DNA of 64,000 nucleotides from Eledone cirrhosa (Eukaryota), in assembly GCA_964016885.1 (NCBI GenBank), contig OZ024745.1, positions 2,976,001 to 3,040,000 on the forward strand, in the 5' to 3' direction. A program made the translations under genes and the position numbers. Positions 57,095 through 64,000 of the stretch are shown piece by piece (position 1 is the stretch's first letter; the number at the start of each line of letters is the position of its first letter). Under the pieces are notes generated by a model. The model was not told the DNA's origin. It was given only the letters and a program-made list of their open reading frames with translations, and ran no database searches.

Positions 57095-60000
57095 GGTCAA
57101 CAGAGGTGATTCTGGTGAGACTGTAGACTTTTTATTGAACTGGTCAACAGAGGTGATTCTGGTGAGACTGAAGACTTGTTATTGAACTGGTCAACAGAGG
57201 TGATTCTGGTGAGACTGTAGACTTGTTATTGAACTGGTCACCAGGGGTGATTCTGGTGAGACTGCAGACTTGTTATTGAACTGGTCAGTAGAGGTGATTC
57301 TAGTGTGACTGCAGACTTGTTATTGAACTGGTCAACAGAGGTGATTCTGGTGAGACTGTAGACTTGTTATTGAACTGGTCAACAGGGGTGATTCTGGTGA
57401 GACTGCAGACTTGTTATTGAACTGGTCAACACAGCTGATCCTGGTGAGACTGCAGACTTGTTATTGAACTGGTCAACAGAGGTGATTCTGGTGAGACTGC
57501 AGACTTGTTATTGAACTGGTCAACAGAGGTGATTCTGGTGAGACTGCAGACTTGTTATTGAACTGGTCAACAGAGGTGATTCTGGTGAGACTGTAGACTT
57601 GTTATTGAACTGGTCAACAGAGGTGATTCTGTTGAGACTGTAGACTTGTTATTGAACTGGTCAACAGAGGTGATTCTGGTGAGACTAAAGACTTGTTATT
57701 GAACTGGTCAACAGAGGTGATTCTGGTGAGACTGAAGACTTGTTATTGAACTGGTCAACAGAGGTGATTCTGGTGAGACTGTAGACTTGTTATTGAACTG
57801 GTCAACACAGCTGATCCTGGTGAGACTGCAGACTGGTTATTGAACTGGTCAACAGAGGTGCTTCTGGTAGGACTGCAGACTTGTTATTGAACTGGTCAAC
57901 AGAGGTGATTCTGGTGAGACTGTAGACTTGTTATTTAACTGGTCAACAGAGGTGATTCTGGTGAGATTGCAGACTTGTTATTGAACTGGTCAACAGATGT
58001 ACTTCTGGTGAGACTGCAGACTTGTTATTGAACTGGTCAACAGAGGTGATTCTGGTGAGACTGCAGACTGGTTATTGAACTGGTCAACAGAGGTGATTCT
58101 GATGAGACTGCAGACTTGTTATTGAACTGGTCAACAGAGGTGATTCTGGTGAGACTGCACACTTGTTATTGAACTGGTGAACAGAGGTGATTCTGGTGAG
58201 ACTGTAGACTTCTTATTGAACTGGTCAATAGAGGTGATTCTAGTGAGATTGTAGACTTGTTATTGAACTGGTCAACAGAGGGGATTCTGGTGAGACTGAA
58301 GACTTGTTATTGAACTGATCAACAGAGGTGATTCTGGTGAGACTGCAGACTTGTTATTGAACTGGTCAACAGAGGTGATTCTGGTGAGACTGTAGACCTG
58401 TTATTGAACTGGTCAACAGAGGTGATTCTGGTGAGACTGAAGACTTGTTATTGAACTGGTCAACAGAGGTGATTCTGGTGAGACTGCAGACTGGTTATTG
58501 AACTGGTCAACAGAGGTGATTCTGGTGAGACTGCAGACTTGTTATTGAACTGGTCAACAGAGGTGGTTCTGGTGAGACTGCAGACTTGTTATTGAACTGG
58601 TCAGTAGAGGTGATTCTGGTGAGACTGCAGACTGGTTATTGAACTGGTCAACAGAGGTGATTCTGGTGAGACTCTAGACTTGTTATTGAACTGGTCAACA
58701 GAGGTGATTCTGGTGAGACTGTAGACTTTTTATTGAACTGGTCAACAGAGGTGATTCTGGTGAGACTGCAGACTTGTTATTGAACTGGTCAGTAGAGGTG
58801 ATTCTTGTGAGACTGTAGACTTGTTATTGATCTGGTCAGTACAGGTGAATCTGGTGAGACTGCAGACTTGTTATTGAACTGGTCATTAGAGGTGAGACTG
58901 CAGACTTGTTATTGAACTGGTCAACAGAGGTGATTCTGGTGAGACTGTAGACTTTTTATTGAACTGGTCAACAGAGGTGATTCTGGTGAGACTGAAGACT
59001 TGTTATTGAACTGGTCAACAGAGGTGATTCTGGTGAGACTGTAGACTTGTTATTGAACTGGTCAACAGGGGTGATTCTGGTGAGACTGCAGACTTGTTAT
59101 TGAACTGGTCAGTAGAGGTGATTCTAGTGTGACTGCAGACTTGTTATTGAACTGGTCAACAGAGGTGATTCTGGTGAGACTGTAGACTTGTTATTGAACT
59201 GGTCAACAGGGGTGATTCTGGTGAGACTGCAGACTTGTTATTGAACTGGTCAACACAGCTGATCCTGGTGAGACTGCAGACTTGTTATTGAACTGGTCAA
59301 CAGAGGTGATTCTGGTGAGACTGCAGACTTGTTATTGAACTGGTCAACAGAGGTGATTCTGGTGAGACTGCAGACTTGTTATTGAACTGGTCAACAGAGG
59401 TGATTCTGGTGAGACTGTAGACTTGTTATTGAACTGGTCAACAGAGGTGATTCTGTTGAGACTGTAGACTTGTTATTGAACTGGTCAACAGAGGTGATTC
59501 TGGTGAGACTGAAGACTTGTTATTGAACTGGTCAACAGAGGTGATTCTGGTGAGACTGAAGACTTGTTATTGAACTGGTCAACAGAGGTGATTCTGGTGA
59601 GACTGTAGACTTGTTATTGAACTGGTCAACACAGCTGATCCTGGTGAGACTGCAGACTGGTTATTGAACTGGTCAACAGAGGTGCTTCTGGTAGGACTGC
59701 AGACTTGTTATTGAACTGGTCAACAGAGGTGATTCTGGTGAGACTGTAGACTTGTTATTTAACTGGTCAACAGAGGTGATTCTGGTGAGATTGCAGACTT
59801 GTTATTGAACTGGTCAACAGATGTACTTCTGGTGAGGCTGCAGACTTGTTATTGAACTGGTCAACAGAGGTGATTCTGGTGAGACTGCAGACTGGTTATT
59901 GAACTGGTCAACAGAGGTGATTCTGGTGAGACTGCAGACTTGTTATTGAACTGGTCAACAGAGGTGATTCTGGTGAGACTGCACACTGGTTATTGAACTG

Positions 60001-63000
60001 GTCAACAGAGGTGATTCTGATGAGACTGCAGACTTGTTATTGAACTGGTCAACAGAGGTGATTCTGGTGAGACTGCACACTTGTTATTGAACTGGTGAAC
60101 AGAGGTGATTCTGGTGAGACTGTAGACTTGTTATTGAACTGGTCAACAGAGGTGATTCTGGTGAGATTGCAGACTTGTTATTGAACTGGTCAGTAGAGGT
60201 GATTCTGGTGAGACTGTAGACATGTTATTGAACTGGTCAACAGAGGGGATTCCGGTGAGACTGAAGACTTGTTATTGAACTGGTCAGTAGAGGTGATTCT
60301 AGTGAGACTGTAGACTTGTTATTGAACTGGTCAGTAGAGGTGATTCTGGTGAAACTGAAAACTTGTTATTGAACTGGTCAGTAGAGGTGATTCTGGTGAG
60401 ACTGTAGACATGTTATTGAACTGGTCAACAGAGGTGATTCTGGTGAGACTGCAGACTTGTTATTGAACTGGTCAGTAGAGGTGATTCTGGTGAGACTGTA
60501 GACATGTTATTGAACTGGTCAACAGAGGGGATTCTGGTGAGACTGTAGACTTGTTATTGAACTGGTCAACAGAGGGGATTCTGGTGAGACTGAAGACTTG
60601 TTATTGAACTGGTCAACAGAGGTGATTCTGGTGAGACTGCAGACTTGTTATTGAACTGGTCAACAGAGGTGATTCTGCTGAGACTGTAGACTTGTTATTG
60701 AACTGGTCAACAGAGGTGATTCTGGTGAGACTGTAGACTTGTTATTGAACTGGTCAGTAGATGTGATTCTGGTGAGACTGAAGACTTGTTATTGAACTGG
60801 TCAACAGAGGTGATTCTGGTGAGACTGAAGACTTGTTATTGAACTGGTCAACAGAGGTGATTCTGGTGAGACTGCAGACTTGTTACTGAACTGGTCAGTA
60901 GAGGTGATTCTGGTGAGACTGTAGACTTGTTATTGAACTGGTCAACAGAGGTGATTCTGGTGAGACTGTAGACTTGTTATTGAACTGGTCAACATAGGTG
61001 ATTCTGGTGAGATTGCAGACTTGTTATTGAACTTGTCAGTAGAGGTGATTCTGGTGAGACTGCAGACTTGTTATTGAACTGGTCAACAGAGGTGATTCTG
61101 GTGAGACTGTAGACTTGTTATTGAACTGGTCAACAGAGGTGATTCTGGTGAGATTGCAGACTTGTTATTGAACTGGTCAACAGAGGTGATTCTGGTGAGA
61201 CTGCAGACTTGTTATTGAACTGGTCAGTAGAGGTAATTCTGGTGAGACTGTAGACATGTTATTGAACTGGTCAACAGAGGGGATTCTGGTGTGACTGAAG
61301 ACTTGTTATTGAACTGGTCAGTAGAGGTGATTCTGGTGAGACTGAAGACTTGTTATTGAACTGGTCAGTAGAGGTGATTCTGGTGAGACTGTAGACATGT
61401 TATTGAACTGGTTAACAGGTGATTCTGGTGAGACTGCAGACTTGTTATTGAACTGGTCAGTAGAGGTGATTCTGGTGAGACTGTAGACATGTTATTGAAC
61501 TGGTCAACAGAGGGGATTCTGGTGAGACTGAAGACTTGTTATTGAACTGATCAACAGAGGTGATTCTGGTGAGACTGCAGACTTGTTATTGAACTGGTCA
61601 ACAGAGGTGATTCTGGTGAGACTGTAGACTGGTTATTGAACTGGTCAACAGAGGTGATTCTGGTGAGACTGCAGACTTGTTATTGAACTGGTCAGTAGAG
61701 GTGATTCTAGTGAGACTGTAGACTTGTTATTGAACTGGTCAACAGAGGGGATTCTGGTGAGACTGAAGACTTGTTATTGAACTGATCAACAGAGGTGATT
61801 CTGGTGAGACTGCAGACTTGTTATTGAACTGGTCAACGGAGGTGATTCTGGTGAGACTGTAGACTTGTTATTGAACTGGTCAACAGAGGTGATTCTGGTG
61901 AGACTGAAGACTTGTTATTGAACTGGTCAACAGAGGTGATTCTGGTGAGACTGCAGACTGGTTATTGAACTGGTCAACAGAGGTGATTCTGGTGAGACTG
62001 CAGACTTGTTATTGAACTGGTCAACAGAGGTGGTTCTGGTGAGACTGCAGACTTGTTATTGAACTGGTCAGTAGAGGTGATTCTGGTGAGACTGCAGACT
62101 GGTTATTGAACTGGTCAACAGAGGTGATTCTGGTGAGACTGTAGACTTGTTATTGAACTGGTCAACAGAGGTGATTCTGGTGAGACTGTAGACTTTTTAT
62201 TGAACTGGTCAACAGAGGTGATTCTGGTGAGACTGCAGACTTGTTATTGAACTGGTCAGTAGAGGTGATTCTGGTGAGACTGTAGACTTGTTATTGAACT
62301 GGTCAGTACAGGTGAATCTGGTGAGACTGCAGACTTGTTATTGAACTGGTCATTAGAGGTGAGACTGCAGACTTGTTATTGAACTGGTCAACAGAGGTGA
62401 TTCTGGTGAGACTGTAGACTTTTTATTGAACTGGTCAACAGAGGTGATTCTGGTGAGACTGAAGACTTGTTATTGAACTGGTCAACAGAGGTGATTCTGG
62501 TGAGACTGTAGACTTGTTATTGAACTGGTCAACACAGCTGATCCTGGTGAGACTGCAGACTGGTTATTGAACTGGTCAACAGAGGTGATTCTGTTGAGAC
62601 TGCAGACTTGTTATTGAACAGGTCAGTAGAGGTGATTCTGGTGAGACTGCAGACTTGTTATTGAACTGGTCAACAGAGGTGATTCTGGTGAGACTGCAGA
62701 CTTGTTATTGAACTGGTCAACAGAGGTGATTCTGGTGAGACTGCAGACTTGTTATTGAACTGGTCAACAGAGGTGATTCTGGTGAGACTGTAGACTTGTT
62801 ATTGAACTGGTCAGTAGAGGTGATTCTGGTGAGACTGTAGACTTGTTATTGAACTGGTCAGTAGAGGTGATTCTGGTGAGATTGCAGACTGATTATTGAA
62901 CTGGTCAGAAGTGGTGATTCTGGTGAGACTGTAGACTTGTTTTTGAACTGGTCAACAGAGGTGATTCTGGTGAGATTGCAGACTGGTTATTGAACTGGTC

Positions 63001-63325
63001 AGTAGAGGTGATTCTGGTGAGACTGTCGACTCGTTATTGAACTGGTCAACAGAGGTGATTCTGGTGAGACTGCAGACTTGTTATTGAACTGGTCAACAGA
63101 GGTGATTCTGGTGAGACTGTAGACTTGTTATTGAACTGGTCAACAGAGGTGATTCTGGTGAGACTGCAGACTTGTTATTGAACTGGTCAACAGAGGTGAT
63201 TCTGGTGAGACTGTAGACTTGTTATTGAACTGGTCAACAGAGGTGATTCTGGTGAGACTGTAGAATTGTTATTGAACTGGTCAACAGAGGTGATTCTGGT
63301 GAGACTGTAGACTTGTTATTGAACT

Positions 63326-63513
63326 GGTCAACAGAGGTGATTCTGGTGAAACTGTAGACTTGTTATTGAACTGGTCAACAGAAGTGATTCTGGTAAGACT
63401 GTAGACTTGTTATTGAACTGGTCAACAGAGGTGATTCTGGTGAAACTGTAGACTTGTTATTGAACTGGTCAACAGAAGTGATTCTGGTAAGACTGTAGAC
63501 TTGTTATTGAACT
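63326..63513. repeat. Local 94-bp (two-monomer) tandem duplication near the array end
   Basis: The pair [..GGTGAAACTGTAG..][..ACAGAAGTGATTCTGGTAAG..] occurs at 63326/63373 and again at 63420/63467. Confidence 0.9.
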
Positions 63514-63632
63514 GGTCAACAGAGGTGATTCTGGTGAGACTGCAGACTTGTTATTGAACTGGTCAACAGAGGGGGTTCTGGTGAGACTGAAGACTTGTTA
63601 TTGAACTGGTCAACAGAGGTGATTCTGGTGAG

Positions 63633-64000
63633 GTTTGTAACAAGATTTGGGGATAGATCAGCTCCACCTTACGTTTGTAACAATTGCCGCTAGGTTTTTA
63701 TTTTCCGTTTCTAAGTCAGAGGGAAATTTCAATGAATTAAAAATTCAAGTCGGATCTTAGCAGTATCGGGAACCCTTTCCATATATTATATTATCAACAT
63801 AGTTTTAAATATATTTTTATAATATATTACAATTTAATTTAATTATAAGATACTAATATCTTGCAGTATCAGGTAGCTTTAGCGTGTGAGCTTTGTTGTC
63901 ATCTTGCTAACTTTAAAAAGGAAGACAATGCTATTCTTCTAATTAACCTTCTATGTTGGTTCGATCTTTCAATCGAGATATTCCTCATTTTTTTTTATTA
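63633..64000. other. Unique, AT-rich, apparently non-coding flank of the array
   Basis: The monomer breaks off after GATTCTGGTGAG (63632). The following sequence is non-periodic, with a near-pure A/T tract at ~63781-63860 and a T run near the end. No recognisable gene signal in 368 bp. Confidence 0.85.

Larger units (their letters stand above)
1..63632. repeat. 47-bp tandem satellite array: 1354 monomers + 25-bp partial, single orientation, truncated by the left window edge
   Basis: GGTCAACAG recurs at 1, 48, 2821, 5641 ... 56260 (=1+47x1197). The last monomer starts at 63608, which fits 1354 units after subtracting 31 bp of deletions (2+9+9+2+9). Consensus GGTCAACAGAGGTGATTCTGGTGAGACTGCAGACTTGTTATTGAACT has 14G/7C/12A/14T (~45% GC) and no CpG. 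Most monomers differ from consensus by only a few substitutions. Confidence 0.99.

Noticed and set aside
1-63632. CRISPR array (47 bp is near the upper range of repeat lengths)
   Set aside because: Monomers abut directly with no unique spacers, and no cas genes are in the window.
1-63632. Giant repetitive CDS on the minus strand (Ser/Thr/Pro-rich, mucin-like look)
   Set aside because: 47 is not a multiple of 3 and each minus-strand monomer has TAA and TGA, so every frame is closed every 141 bp. The longest consensus stretch is 42 codons (QVCSLTRITSVDQFNNKSAVSPESPLLTSSITSLQSHQNHLC) with no start codon.
1-63632. Plus-strand ORF under TGA recoding (code 4 or selenocysteine), since the C30 consensus has only TGA stops
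   Set aside because: The very common GTAG and CAGTAG variants and the TTTAAC/GTAAG variants introduce TAG/TAA that rotate through all frames, and 2-bp deletions are tolerated.
1-63632. Technical concatemer, rolling-circle product or pure sequencing noise
   Set aside because: Variants recur as ordered multi-monomer haplotypes at exact multiples of 47 and are position-restricted, and the array joins unique sequence. The copy number of individual blocks could still be mis-assembled.
1-63632. Immunoglobulin switch region (S-gamma units are ~49 bp)
   Set aside because: The consensus lacks AGCT/GAGCT and G-run motifs (AGCT appears only in a minor variant), and the array is far longer than known switch regions.
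1-63632. Tandem tRNA, 5S or snRNA gene array, or telomerase-type repeat
   Set aside because: The unit is too short for such genes, shows no cloverleaf or clear Pol III boxes, and has many structured variants. There is no evidence of a chromosome end in the window.
63961-64000. Rho-independent terminator-like hairpin (TCGAT..ATCGA) upstream of a T run
   Set aside because: Only a 5-bp stem, separated from the T tract by more than 10 bp, with no upstream gene.
63633-64000. Coding exon or promoter in the flank
   Set aside because: Very AT-rich with frequent stops and no recognisable protein motif. TATA-like words are unavoidable at this composition.

Overview
Almost the whole window (1-63632) is one head-to-tail tandem array of a 47-bp monomer, consensus GGTCAACAGAGGTGATTCTGGTGAGACTG(C/T/A)AGACTTGTTATTGAACT. 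It holds 1354 monomers plus a final 25-bp partial monomer and begins upstream of the window. The 47-bp register is exact from base 1 to 56260. The only length variants I found are two 2-bp and three 9-bp deletions in the last ~7.4 kb. Recurrent variant monomers show a nested history of block duplications with irregular periods (about 21 to 217 monomers, plus one at 647) and position-restricted variant layers. The array stops abruptly at 63632 and is followed by 368 bp of unique AT-rich sequence. I find no supportable CDS, RNA gene, CRISPR array or mobile element. The most economical reading is a eukaryotic satellite array with its right-hand junction; I cannot name the family or host. I could not substantiate a new biological system. 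The more creative functional ideas (micro-exon ladder, dyad protein-binding array) are flagged as speculation. All coordinates and offsets were counted by hand.
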